DNA of 26,007 nucleotides from IMG/VR virus record IMGVR_UViG_3300029781_000008, positions 1-26,007 of that record. One strand, written 5' to 3'. The notes below the pieces were generated by a model, which searched no databases, was not told the DNA's origin, and was given only the letters and a program-made list of their open reading frames with translations. The position numbers were made by a program, and so were the translations under genes. This stretch comes from a virus. Positions 8,424 through 16,220 of this stretch are shown one piece after another (within the stretch, counting starts at the first letter, position 1; the number at the start of each line of letters is the position of its first letter).

Positions 8424-8430
8424 TACTATT

Positions 8431-8676
8431 TTAGTCTTCGAAAGCCCTTCGGATCAATCTCTTTCCCTCATCACTCTCCAGGAATGCACGGATTTGTTGG
8501 TCCACAGTCCGGCGAAAAAAGAACTCTCTTAGCGCGGCCTCAACCACTGATGTGTTATTCGGAAATTCCCCAGACTTAACGGCATTATCGATTTGATCCA
8601 GGATACCTTGTGTTAACTTGTATCCTGTTTGTCTTTTCGGTTTCCCCCCGATAATTGCCATGATTTTAGGTTTCAT
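8431..8676 (-). CDS. Ribbon-helix-helix transcription regulator (81 aa from ATG 8676, or 76 aa from ATG 8661)
   Basis: RQTGYKLTQGILDQIDNAVKSGEFPNNTSVVEAALREFF fits the CopG/NikR-type RHH pattern; the longer 8898 start would overlap the opposite RHH gene. Confidence 0.8.
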   Translation of the reverse strand: MKPKIMAIIGGKPKRQTGYKLTQGILDQIDNAVKSGEFPNNTSVVEAALREFFFRRTVDQQIRAFLESDEGKRLIRRAFED

Positions 8677-8760
8677 TTTATTATATTTAGAGAGACGTAA
8701 ATCTCTAGTTGTGCTAAAGAGATACATATATAACACCTTTTGTATATCTCTAGTTGTACC
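8677..8760. promoter_or_regulatory. Divergent promoter/operator region
   Basis: TATATAA at 8727-8733 (27 nt before ATG 8761); 12-bp direct repeat ATCTCTAGTTGT at 8701-8712 and 8746-8757; inverted AGAGATA 8718-8724 / TATCTCT 8745-8751; AT-rich TATA-like block near 8680-8688 for the - gene. Confidence 0.7.
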
Positions 8761-8928
8761 ATGAAACCCAAACTTCGGCGGATCATCATTGGGATCCCGG
8801 AGCCCCAGCTTGCAAAGCTGGACCAGCTCATCGAACAGGGCATTTATCCGGGCCGCAACGAGGCGGTCCGGGACGGCATCCGAGGCCTCATCAAGCAATA
8901 TGAGACCGCGACCCCCTGTCCTGCATGA
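8761..8928 (+). CDS. Ribbon-helix-helix transcription regulator (55 aa)
   Basis: RRIIIGIPEPQLAKLDQLIEQGIYPGRNEAVRDGIRGLI; ATG 8761 sits at leaderless distance from the TATA box. Confidence 0.85.
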   Translation: MKPKLRRIIIGIPEPQLAKLDQLIEQGIYPGRNEAVRDGIRGLIKQYETATPCPA

Positions 8929-8976
8929 ACTGTCGATAACTCAGTACCGCATGTGACCATTCTGTGGTGATCAACC

Positions 8977-9111
8977 ATGATCAAAAATCAGGAAATTACC
9001 CGACAGGAACTGGAACATTTGAGCCCTCTCGCTCAAATGGTGTGGAAAATCAGAATCGAACAGGGAAAAGCAACTCTTTTGGAGGATTCAACATGCAGTG
9101 CAGTTGTATAG
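8977..9111 (+). CDS. Small hypothetical protein (44 aa, MIKNQEITRQELEHLSPLAQMVWKIRIEQGKA...)
   Basis: Not in the ORF track; archaeal SD GGTGAT at 8966-8971. Confidence 0.55.
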   Translation: MIKNQEITRQELEHLSPLAQMVWKIRIEQGKATLLEDSTCSAVV

Positions 9112-9362
9112 ACGCCGTCCCCACCCATTCCAACGATGCCAATCCTGGGAACGAAGCGGGGAACGGCGATCATGTATCGCAATCAATCGAGAAAAATGCA
9201 GCTGAAACGGCTTTCCGTCCCTCAGCGAAGGCATGCACTGATGCCAAGTGCCAGGACCTGGTCCTGGTATTCGGTTTCAGGCGGAACCACAAGGAATGCG
9301 GGATCATGAACAGGATCCCGGGGAACATGGCCTCCTGCCCGAAACGAGAGGGATCGCAATGA
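9093..9362 (+). CDS. Cys-containing hypothetical protein (89 aa; start moved from 8964)
   Basis: GGAGG 7 nt before ATG 9093; C-terminal CTDAKC...C...C pattern. Confidence 0.55.
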   Translation: MQCSCIDAVPTHSNDANPGNEAGNGDHVSQSIEKNAAETAFRPSAKACTDAKCQDLVLVFGFRRNHKECGIMNRIPGNMASCPKREGSQ

Positions 9363-9676
9363 TGCCCCTTGCTCAGCAGGCCCCTATCACCGACGAACCG
9401 CCCGCCAAACAGAAAGCCTATCCAAAATTCAGCCACCTTTTCCTGAACCTAAAACTCCCTGGGAGATGGATCCGCATCGACCAGATCACCAGTGTCAGGA
9501 TTGAGCGCATAGACCCGGACGGTCCCCGGCCATCGTTCTACCGTGTGAGGGTGAACGAGTATGATACCATCGATGAGGTCCCTACCATTGAAGAAGCCGA
9601 GGCCATTGCCGAGCGGGTCATGTTTGCCGTGTCCACCCGGCTGACCGCGGTCTTGGGATCCTGGAGGAGGTCCTGA
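9359..9676 (+). CDS. Hypothetical protein (105 aa)
   Basis: ATGA overlap with the upstream stop; ordered alpha/beta-like sequence. Confidence 0.7.
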   Translation: MMPLAQQAPITDEPPAKQKAYPKFSHLFLNLKLPGRWIRIDQITSVRIERIDPDGPRPSFYRVRVNEYDTIDEVPTIEEAEAIAERVMFAVSTRLTAVLGSWRRS

Positions 9677-10599
9677 TGTCCCATCATGATATCTTCCGGT
9701 GCAACTACCCGCCCTGCGAAAAGGAGTCAGAAGAGCCCTTCCGGGACGGGTGGGTCCATTTCAACTGCCTGGATGATGGGAATTCCCTCATGCTCGGAGA
9801 CCGGACCCTCCTCGCAAACCTGGAGGACACGCACTTCTGCTCTGTCAAGTGTCTCATGCATTACTTGAACGGCTTCCTCAAGAGCGCAAGCCCGCTCTTG
9901 AGCAAAGCGGTGAATAACACCATCCCGAAGCTGGGCCGAGGGTCCAGGGCAGAATACAATTGGATCAAGGACTGCCCTACTCTTACCCAATGCTTGTCCG
10001 GATTCAGGGACCGGTATCCTGGCAGGAAGAACGTAACAGACTCAGACCTCTCTGCTATCTGGAACCACTATCACCCGGACCAGGAAGAGGTTATCGAGGA
10101 GGGATCGGACTACTCAGACAAGGAACTGGCAGTCCTATATGCGCATGAATCCCATCGGGATGCATGGGCAGCCTATACCTCTGCATTCCCAGGCTCTAAG
10201 CGGAAGCGGTCCTCAATTAAGATCAAGTGGCTCAGGAATTGGGAGTCCACCGAAGGGAAGCGTCGAGCAAAAGAACTCAGGTCCAGGGAGAGTGTCCAGG
10301 AGAATGAAACCCCGCCAAGCTCTCAAAACATCGACGAACCGGCGCCAAATCAAGGAGCGCCACATCAAGAATCCTCGGGACTCTTTGTTGGCGCAAAGGT
10401 TCTCCAGGTCAAAGGAAAAAACAGGGCATACGGGGTTGGAGAAGTCCTGGAAATCCGCATGAATGGCGATGTGGTCGCCCAATTCTACGGGTCCAGGAAG
10501 GTCCTGTCCCAGGACCATTTTGAACTCTATGTCCCTGGAAGGGCAACATCACAGGGAACCGCAGACCAGGCAGCTACTGCGGGAGGTGGACAATCGTGA
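9676..10599 (+). CDS. Multidomain protein: TRASH/MYM-like Zn finger, helical Myb/SANT-like region, C-terminal Tudor/KOW-like barrel (307 aa)
   Basis: CNYPPC...HFCSVKC; YSDKELAVL...KRKRSSIKIKWLR; LFVGAKV...YGVGEVLEI...VVAQF. GGAGG RBS and TGATG overlap. Confidence 0.7.
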   Translation: MSHHDIFRCNYPPCEKESEEPFRDGWVHFNCLDDGNSLMLGDRTLLANLEDTHFCSVKCLMHYLNGFLKSASPLLSKAVNNTIPKLGRGSRAEYNWIKDCPTLTQCLSGFRDRYPGRKNVTDSDLSAIWNHYHPDQEEVIEEGSDYSDKELAVLYAHESHRDAWAAYTSAFPGSKRKRSSIKIKWLRNWESTEGKRRAKELRSRESVQENETPPSSQNIDEPAPNQGAPHQESSGLFVGAKVLQVKGKNRAYGVGEVLEIRMNGDVVAQFYGSRKVLSQDHFELYVPGRATSQGTADQAATAGGGQS

Positions 10600-10946
10600 A
10601 GAGAATTGCGGTTTGCCCCCCGGAGGATATTTGCCCTGTCTGCGGATGCTCAGACCTGGTCCTGCACTGGAACAAGACATATAAAAGGTACAATTGGGAG
10701 TGCCAGAAAGAGAACCATTTCTACATTCCAGCGGAGACTGTTGAAATCAACCCTATTTTGCTGCCCGCCGAGGAGGACCTCGTCGGGATCACTGCTGACA
10801 GCCGATGCTGGACATGCCTCCAGTTCTACCGGTGCCGGCCGAGGATCTCCGGCCTTCCAGGGGTCACCCTGGAGAAATGCGAGGGATATATGCCTGGACT
10901 TGATGTGCGGATTGCGCCGTCTCTCAAGCTCAGGGGGCGGTCCTGA
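10596..10946 (+). CDS. Cys-rich Zn-ribbon protein (116 aa, GTG start)
   Basis: CPVCGC...WECQKENH and CWTC...C...C; GTGA overlap. Confidence 0.7.
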   Translation: MKRIAVCPPEDICPVCGCSDLVLHWNKTYKRYNWECQKENHFYIPAETVEINPILLPAEEDLVGITADSRCWTCLQFYRCRPRISGLPGVTLEKCEGYMPGLDVRIAPSLKLRGRS

Positions 10947-11050
10947 TGGAGACACTCCCCTGCAGGATCCTGGGATACCTCGACCCCTGCAAGGACTGCC
11001 CTCGGGAGGATGACGACTGTCCTTATGAGTCCGAGGAGGCCTCCTCATGA
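10946..11050 (+). CDS. Tiny acidic Cys-rich peptide (34 aa, METLPCRILGYLDPCKDCPREDDDCPYESEEASS)
   Basis: Coupled by TGATG upstream and ATGA downstream; contains the GAGGAGG RBS for 11047. Confidence 0.5.
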   Translation: METLPCRILGYLDPCKDCPREDDDCPYESEEASS

Positions 11051-11337
11051 CCACCCTCAGGGATTATACTTCCATCGAGGAGGACCTGCCTGGTGACCAC
11101 CCCGATCCCCTCCTCCAGGAGACCCTATACCGGGCAGGCCAAACGGTCTGGTGGATCCCCTCTGACGGCAGCCGTCCGGCCATCATGACCAGGACACAGC
11201 GGATGCTCCCGGCGGTCGTAAAGTCCTACAACTCGCAGCAACGGACCTGTCTCATCGAGCACCAGGACGTCACCCGGACCACATATTCTTTCCTTGTCCA
11301 GGCCTCGGAGCTCACTCGGCGGGAGATCCCGAGGTGA
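11047..11337 (+). CDS. Small SH3/Tudor-like beta-barrel protein (96 aa)
   Basis: YRAGQTVWW...LPAVVKSY...CLIEH...FLVQASEL pattern. Confidence 0.65.
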   Translation: MTTLRDYTSIEEDLPGDHPDPLLQETLYRAGQTVWWIPSDGSRPAIMTRTQRMLPAVVKSYNSQQRTCLIEHQDVTRTTYSFLVQASELTRREIPR

Positions 11338-11344
11338 CCTTGAT

Positions 11345-11704
11345 ATGGCCCTTGAGATGTGCAAAACTTATACAGACCTGGTGCATCGGATAGGCTGGTA
11401 CCTCGGGTCTGAGGTGATGCCGCAGTTCATCCGACGGATCCAGGAACATGGAACAGCCTGGTGTTATTATGGCTCCCTCCTAAGCGACGGCCGGCCAGTC
11501 GTGAGAGTTTTGCAAGCCTACAAACTGCAATCAAATGGATACGTGCTGCGGGACCGGACCTATACGAGGGATCCTGACTGGAATTGGGTGAAGACAGTCC
11601 TTGATCCGGATGAGATCTTCCGGACCGCCCTCGAGCTTAGGAATTCACTTCGGCCAGTACCCGTCCCCATGTACGCCCGGCCGGACGTACCATCGGGGGA
11701 GTGA
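11345..11704 (+). CDS. Hypothetical protein (119 aa; start moved from 11294)
   Basis: GAGGTGA RBS before ATG 11345; stop overlaps the GTG of the next gene. Confidence 0.7.
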   Translation: MALEMCKTYTDLVHRIGWYLGSEVMPQFIRRIQEHGTAWCYYGSLLSDGRPVVRVLQAYKLQSNGYVLRDRTYTRDPDWNWVKTVLDPDEIFRTALELRNSLRPVPVPMYARPDVPSGE

Positions 11705-12648
11705 CCCTGATGCTCCCCGACGGTATTATTGAGCCATCCGCTGACTCACCCATCGGTTTCACATCGGACGTTTTTACGGGCGTTTTATTCGCACGTGGAC
11801 GGGACCTCTGGATCGGCAGGATATCCGTGCTGCCCTCCAAGCAGGATCAGGGCTATTTCACCCGGCTCCTCGCGGTGCTGATGTGGTTGGGGTACCGGGT
11901 CCGGGTCGCCTACCCGTCCCAGATCATGCGCCAAATCCTGGAGCGCCGGGGGTTCAGGATGGCCAGGACTTCCTGCTCTCGGGGCTCATGTCCCTACATG
12001 GAGCTTCCCGACCCCGCAACACTCTCCACAAGAGCCAGGGGGAAATATAACGGGGCCCGCATGGAGGCCCTCTTCGCCTGCAAGAACTCCAAGAATATTT
12101 TTGATGACATGCGGAACAACGTCGAGCTCAAATCGTGCCAGGAGTACGCTGTCACCAATCATTCGAACGGCACAAGGAGACTCGGCCGGTTCCAGTTCAG
12201 GAAGCACCAGCACGAGGCGCTGCTCTTCGTGGATGGGAGTTACCGGCTCATCGTCCAGGACGGCCAGGGGACTGTACTCCTCCATAGAGTTGTCAAGGCC
12301 CGGGAGATTGATCAGCACCTGGTCAAAATGACCAGGGACACCTATCAGCGGTCCTGGCGGGCGTTTTTCCCCGGTCCCCCCAAGCAAGATGGGGGGGCAG
12401 GCAGTGACAGGACCCCCCTCGAGTACCAGATCGACCCTGCCTTGATGGTCCAGGGCATCAGCCGGGAATGCACCATGGAGATCCAGGACCTGGTCCGGGC
12501 CAGGTCCATCGGGATCCACAACGTCCCGAACAGCGGGCAGTACCTGCGGGTCCTGGTCGAACGTGATGCTCAGGGCACCTACTATGTCACCCCGGCCCCT
12601 AAGGCCAGGGATACCCCCTTGTTCCTCCAGGAGAGTGTGCCGGCATGA
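11701..12648 (+). CDS. Protein with N-terminal minimal GNAT-like acetyltransferase domain and uncharacterised C-terminus (315 aa)
   Basis: WIGRISVLPSKQDQGYFTRLL (motif A-like) and MRQILERRGF (motif B-like); GTGA overlap. Confidence 0.55.
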   Translation: MTLMLPDGIIEPSADSPIGFTSDVFTGVLFARGRDLWIGRISVLPSKQDQGYFTRLLAVLMWLGYRVRVAYPSQIMRQILERRGFRMARTSCSRGSCPYMELPDPATLSTRARGKYNGARMEALFACKNSKNIFDDMRNNVELKSCQEYAVTNHSNGTRRLGRFQFRKHQHEALLFVDGSYRLIVQDGQGTVLLHRVVKAREIDQHLVKMTRDTYQRSWRAFFPGPPKQDGGAGSDRTPLEYQIDPALMVQGISRECTMEIQDLVRARSIGIHNVPNSGQYLRVLVERDAQGTYYVTPAPKARDTPLFLQESVPA

Positions 12649-12908
12649 GCGCGTCTGCTGCACTATTTGACCACCGGATCTCGTTCCAGGACATGGACTC
12701 GATGTGCCTGCTCCATATCGCCCAGCTCCTCGAACTCCAGGCATACGGGACCCACTACGTGATGAACAGGAAGGAGAGGTTGTGCATCCGGATCGAGCGC
12801 TGGCCGGACGAAAACTGGCCTGATGGTGAAATATATGTCAGGCTCCTGGATGTACCGAAGTCACCACTATTCCGGAGGGGGTCCCCCTGCTGCATGCCAG
12901 GATCGTGA
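12645..12908 (+). CDS. Hypothetical protein (87 aa)
   Basis: ATGA overlap with the upstream gene. Confidence 0.6.
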   Translation: MSASAALFDHRISFQDMDSMCLLHIAQLLELQAYGTHYVMNRKERLCIRIERWPDENWPDGEIYVRLLDVPKSPLFRRGSPCCMPGS

Positions 12909-13060
12909 TGGAACCAGTGGAGCGTCGGGACACCCTCCTGGAGGCCTCCAAGGTGGCGATGGCGAAAGGAGACCGAATCCGGGCGAAGTGCCTCGCCAGG
13001 GACGCCCGGATTATCTGCTACCTGTACGATCTCCCGATCCCGGCAGGGGAGGCCTCGTGA
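12908..13060 (+). CDS. Small helical protein (50 aa, MEPVERRDTLLEASKVAMAKGDRIRAKC...)
   Basis: Not in the ORF track; TGATG overlap upstream and GTGA overlap with the helicase start. Confidence 0.6.
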   Translation: MEPVERRDTLLEASKVAMAKGDRIRAKCLARDARIICYLYDLPIPAGEAS

Positions 13061-15186
13061 CGAACGGGACAGGGGCCGCAGGACCGTTTTCCCCGGCAAT
13101 CGCCGATATCGTGAGGTCCGCTCCGGAGGCAACGCTGCAGATGTGGGCGGAAGCTCTGAGAAAGAGGGACATCCCGGTGCCGCCCCCGCCCTCGAGCTCG
13201 GCCGAGGAGCTCCGGGAGTGGCTGGCCACAGTCCTCCCTCAGCACTGGTCCCTCCTGCAGCAGCAGGCACCGGTTGACCAGGTTGAACACGAGCATTCCG
13301 TGCACCAGCAGATCCGGGAGATAGGGGATACCTACCAGGTCCTCAAGTACCTGGAAGATTATGGCCTGAAAATCCGGGGATACGACCTCCTCAGTGAAGA
13401 GGAGGTCCGGAAGGCATGCATGGACTACCTGCAGACCGACAAGTTCCTGCAGGCATGGGACCGGGCCCGGTCCCAGGACCGGGAGGAAGCTGATAAACAG
13501 AGCCTGGCCCGGCGCGCCATCTACGTGACCGGGAAACGACTCCGGGACCAGACTCAGCAGGCGCTGGATACCCTCCTGGAGGCTAATCAACCCCCCCACA
13601 TATTCGCCCGGGTCGGGCAGCTGATCCGGATCCAGAAAGACGAGTACGGGATCCCCTACATCCAGTACCTGGACCGGTATGGTGTCCGGCATGTCCTGGA
13701 GCGGTGCGCCGAGTTCTGGAGGACCCGCCGTGACGGGGACCATGTCGAGATCCCCCCACCGATGGACGTTGTCGAGGACCTCATGGCCCTCCCGGAGATC
13801 CCGCTACCGCCCCTCGTGGCCATCATCGAGGCGCCGGTCATCCTGGAGGATAATACCCTCCTGGACCGGCGGGGCTACGACCCGAGGACCGGGTTGTATT
13901 ATTACCCTCACCAGGGCGTCGAGGTAGCAATCCCGGACCAACCAACAGCGACGGACATCAGGGAGGCGGTTGAGTTGCTGCAGGAGATATTCTGCGATTT
14001 TCCATTTGACAGCGATGCATCGCGGGCCAACACCTTCGGGGCCCTGCTGTCAGCCGTCCTCAGGCCGATGATCCGGGGCTGCGTCCCCATGGTCCTCCTG
14101 GACAAACCGCAGGCGGGGACCGGCGCGAGCTTGATTGCAGATGTCCTCTCCATGGTTGCCTGCGGGCGGGCTGGTGCAAAAACGACCGCCCCACACGAGG
14201 AAAAAGAATGGAAGAAAACTATTACGAGCATCCTGCGGTCAGGCCAGACCGTGGTCACCGTGGACAACATCGAGGGAAAGTTGTTCAGCCCATCCCTGGC
14301 CGCCGTCCTCACCATGGAGATATGGCAGGACCGGGCCCTTGGAGGGAACGATTGGGTTACCTGCCGAAACGTGACGGTCTGGATCGGGACCGGGAACAAC
14401 ATCACCCTCGGGGGGGATATGCCCCGGCGGTGCTATTGGGTCCGGATGGACGCTGAGCATGCGAGGCCCTGGCAGCGGACCGGATACCGGCACCCGGACC
14501 TGCTGGCATGGGTCCAGCAGGAGCGAGGGAGGATCCTCTCGGCGGTCCTGTCCCTGGCAAGGGCCTGGATCCTGGCCGGCCGGCCGGGACCGAAAGCCTG
14601 TCCCCTCGTCGGTAGCTATGAGAACTGGAGGTTCACCATCGCCGGGATCCTGGAGTTCGCCGGCATCGAAGGGTTCCTCGGGAACCTGGAGGCGATGTAC
14701 GAGGAGGCTGATACCGATACTCCACAGTGGGAAATGTTCTTGGAAAAATGGTATTCTATCTGGCATGACAACCCGAAGCTCGTTGCCGAGGTGCATGAAC
14801 ACCTTCAGCGGGAGGTATCATCCACATCACCCGACTATAGCCAGGGGGACCGGCTCATCGACAGCCTCCCGGACTACCTAATGGATGCCTGGACCCGCAA
14901 AAAATCATTTACCCGGGTCCTGGGAAACGCACTCAAGTCAAGGAGTGGGCGCCTGTTCCCTAATGGACTGCGGGTCCAGCGGTTTGGGATGGAGCATAAA
15001 TTACTACTTTGGAGGATAACCAGGATGTCCGACACAACCCTACAAGGGGGGTTTGGGGTGTTAGGGGGGTCTCCCTGTACACCCCCTAAGGGCGTTTCCA
15101 GTGGAAATATAGGTACTATTGTACCTGGTGATGAGCCACCGAAACCCCCTGAACACCCCAAACCCCCCGAAGGTGATCACCCATGA
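13057..15186 (+). CDS. D5/P4-primase-associated SF3-like helicase/replication protein (709 aa; GTG start) with non-canonical Walker A
   Basis: D5_N-like GYDPRTGLYY; Walker A-like DKPQAGTGAS; Walker B VDN; motif C GTGNN; DMPRR Arg finger; GGGGAGG RBS before GTG 13057. Confidence 0.8.
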   Translation: MTNGTGAAGPFSPAIADIVRSAPEATLQMWAEALRKRDIPVPPPPSSSAEELREWLATVLPQHWSLLQQQAPVDQVEHEHSVHQQIREIGDTYQVLKYLEDYGLKIRGYDLLSEEEVRKACMDYLQTDKFLQAWDRARSQDREEADKQSLARRAIYVTGKRLRDQTQQALDTLLEANQPPHIFARVGQLIRIQKDEYGIPYIQYLDRYGVRHVLERCAEFWRTRRDGDHVEIPPPMDVVEDLMALPEIPLPPLVAIIEAPVILEDNTLLDRRGYDPRTGLYYYPHQGVEVAIPDQPTATDIREAVELLQEIFCDFPFDSDASRANTFGALLSAVLRPMIRGCVPMVLLDKPQAGTGASLIADVLSMVACGRAGAKTTAPHEEKEWKKTITSILRSGQTVVTVDNIEGKLFSPSLAAVLTMEIWQDRALGGNDWVTCRNVTVWIGTGNNITLGGDMPRRCYWVRMDAEHARPWQRTGYRHPDLLAWVQQERGRILSAVLSLARAWILAGRPGPKACPLVGSYENWRFTIAGILEFAGIEGFLGNLEAMYEEADTDTPQWEMFLEKWYSIWHDNPKLVAEVHEHLQREVSSTSPDYSQGDRLIDSLPDYLMDAWTRKKSFTRVLGNALKSRSGRLFPNGLRVQRFGMEHKLLLWRITRMSDTTLQGGFGVLGGSPCTPPKGVSSGNIGTIVPGDEPPKPPEHPKPPEGDHP
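15046..15168. repeat. Nested inverted-repeat cluster (candidate replication origin)
   Basis: Perfect 17-bp IR 15046-15062/15152-15168 enclosing TTAGGGGG/CCCCCTAA, TTTCCA-G-TGGAAA and AGGTAC-TATT-GTACCT. Confidence 0.85.
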
Positions 15187-15443
15187 CCCTGGACCCTCTC
15201 ATCCTGCAGGGAATGGGGGTGGCCACCGGGCTGGCCGGCATGGCCGCGGTCACCTCCCCGGTGGCCATCACCCGGACCAGGGCATTCGCATGCTGGATCC
15301 TGTCCAACTTCTTCCTGCTCGGGTGGGCAGCTGCAGCCGGGGAGGTCCTCCTCGGGATCCTGTATGCCATCTACCTGGCCCTCTCCACTGCAGGACTGGT
15401 CAGGTCCTGGAAGTCAACATCGAATATAGGAGGCACAACATGA
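15183..15443 (+). CDS. Small 3-TM membrane protein (86 aa; weak resemblance to PnuC/PQ-loop half-transporters)
   Basis: Three hydrophobic helices; FACWILSN motif; ATGA overlap; GGTGAT RBS. Confidence 0.65.
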   Translation: MTLDPLILQGMGVATGLAGMAAVTSPVAITRTRAFACWILSNFFLLGWAAAAGEVLLGILYAIYLALSTAGLVRSWKSTSNIGGTT

Positions 15444-15610
15444 ATTGGGGATGGAAGCAGGAGGTCGCTTTTTGGGCCTTCTTGGTAATCATGGTATTTA
15501 CTATTGTATTTTTAGTTTGGTTCCTTGGAAATTTAATGATGGATTTGTTAATTCATGCACCTATTCCTGATTTCAAAAATGTAACCTCATTATTGGAGTG
15601 TGGCACATGA
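15440..15610 (+). CDS. Small single-TM protein (56 aa, MNWGWKQEVAFW...)
   Basis: AGGAGG RBS; ATGA overlap; long hydrophobic helix. Confidence 0.6.
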   Translation: MNWGWKQEVAFWAFLVIMVFTIVFLVWFLGNLMMDLLIHAPIPDFKNVTSLLECGT

Positions 15611-15759
15611 CACCGAACGAAGTTTTCTCAAAAGTTCATTCCTGCGATAATCTCATGGAACCGAAAAAGCGGCATGTACTGAAGTCACTAGGCATCCTCC
15701 TGGTCGGTATCATCATTGGGTATGCGTTCTACTATGTCCGGTTTCGGTATCTGCTCTGA
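15607..15759 (+). CDS. Small single-TM protein (50 aa, MTPNEVFSK...)
   Basis: ATGA overlap; TM LGILLVGIIIGYAFYYV. Confidence 0.5.
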   Translation: MTPNEVFSKVHSCDNLMEPKKRHVLKSLGILLVGIIIGYAFYYVRFRYLL

Positions 15760-15791
15760 AATTATTCCCAGGAACCCCCTAGAATTTCTCC

Positions 15792-15798
15792 TTTTTTT
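15792..15798 (+). terminator. Oligo-T archaeal terminator candidate between convergent operons
   Basis: T7 run 33 nt after the last + stop. Confidence 0.4.
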
Positions 15799-15851
15799 AG
15801 TCCTGGCCATGGCTACTATAAATGCTATGTTTTGGCTCCAGGTCCTGGTCG

Positions 15852-16220
15852 TCACAACAGTGAGCTGATCACCTGGAGATTCTGTACAAATGCCTGGCTC
15901 TCGATGACCACCGGGAGGACCAGGATCAGGATCCCGATGTGGTTCCTGTAGACCTTATTGAGGCCTCCAGACACCACCAGGATCCCCACTACGAGGATGA
16001 GCATCAGCGCTGGCCATATCATTGGGTGGCTGCACAGCAGGAACTCGGGATTTATTATTGGATGCAGCCCCGAGTTTATCTCGATGCCTCCCATGGCCAG
16101 GGCCGCCCCGGTCGAGAGGATGTCTCCGAAGACGAACCACACCAGGTCCCACCGCAGGATGCGATCCATGTAGCATGCGGCACGGGTCCACATCCTGTCC
16201 TGCGCGTATGCAGTTTTCAC
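15852..16220 (-). CDS. Membrane protein, DUF5658-like (122 aa, GTG start)
   Basis: GDILSTGAALAMGGIEINS resembles the D-x-x-T/T...G..E.NP motif; three to four TMs; GTGA overlap with the RHH stop. Confidence 0.6.
   Translation of the reverse strand: MKTAYAQDRMWTRAACYMDRILRWDLVWFVFGDILSTGAALAMGGIEINSGLHPIINPEFLLCSHPMIWPALMLILVVGILVVSGGLNKVYRNHIGILILVLPVVIESQAFVQNLQVISSLL

Noticed and set aside
8677-8898. N-terminal extension of the - strand RHH ORF to 8898
   Set aside because: Runs through the promoter region and the opposite RHH gene; the RHH domain begins after 8676.
12823-13056. N-terminal extension of the helicase ORF
   Set aside because: Overlaps two coupled small ORFs; GTG 13057 has an RBS and GTGA overlap.
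11986-14802. Long - strand ORFs (11986-12744, 12755-13270, 13018-13743, 13908-14405, 14239-14802)
   Set aside because: Antisense shadows of GC-rich + strand genes that carry motifs and RBS coupling; their translations are G/P/R-rich without motifs.
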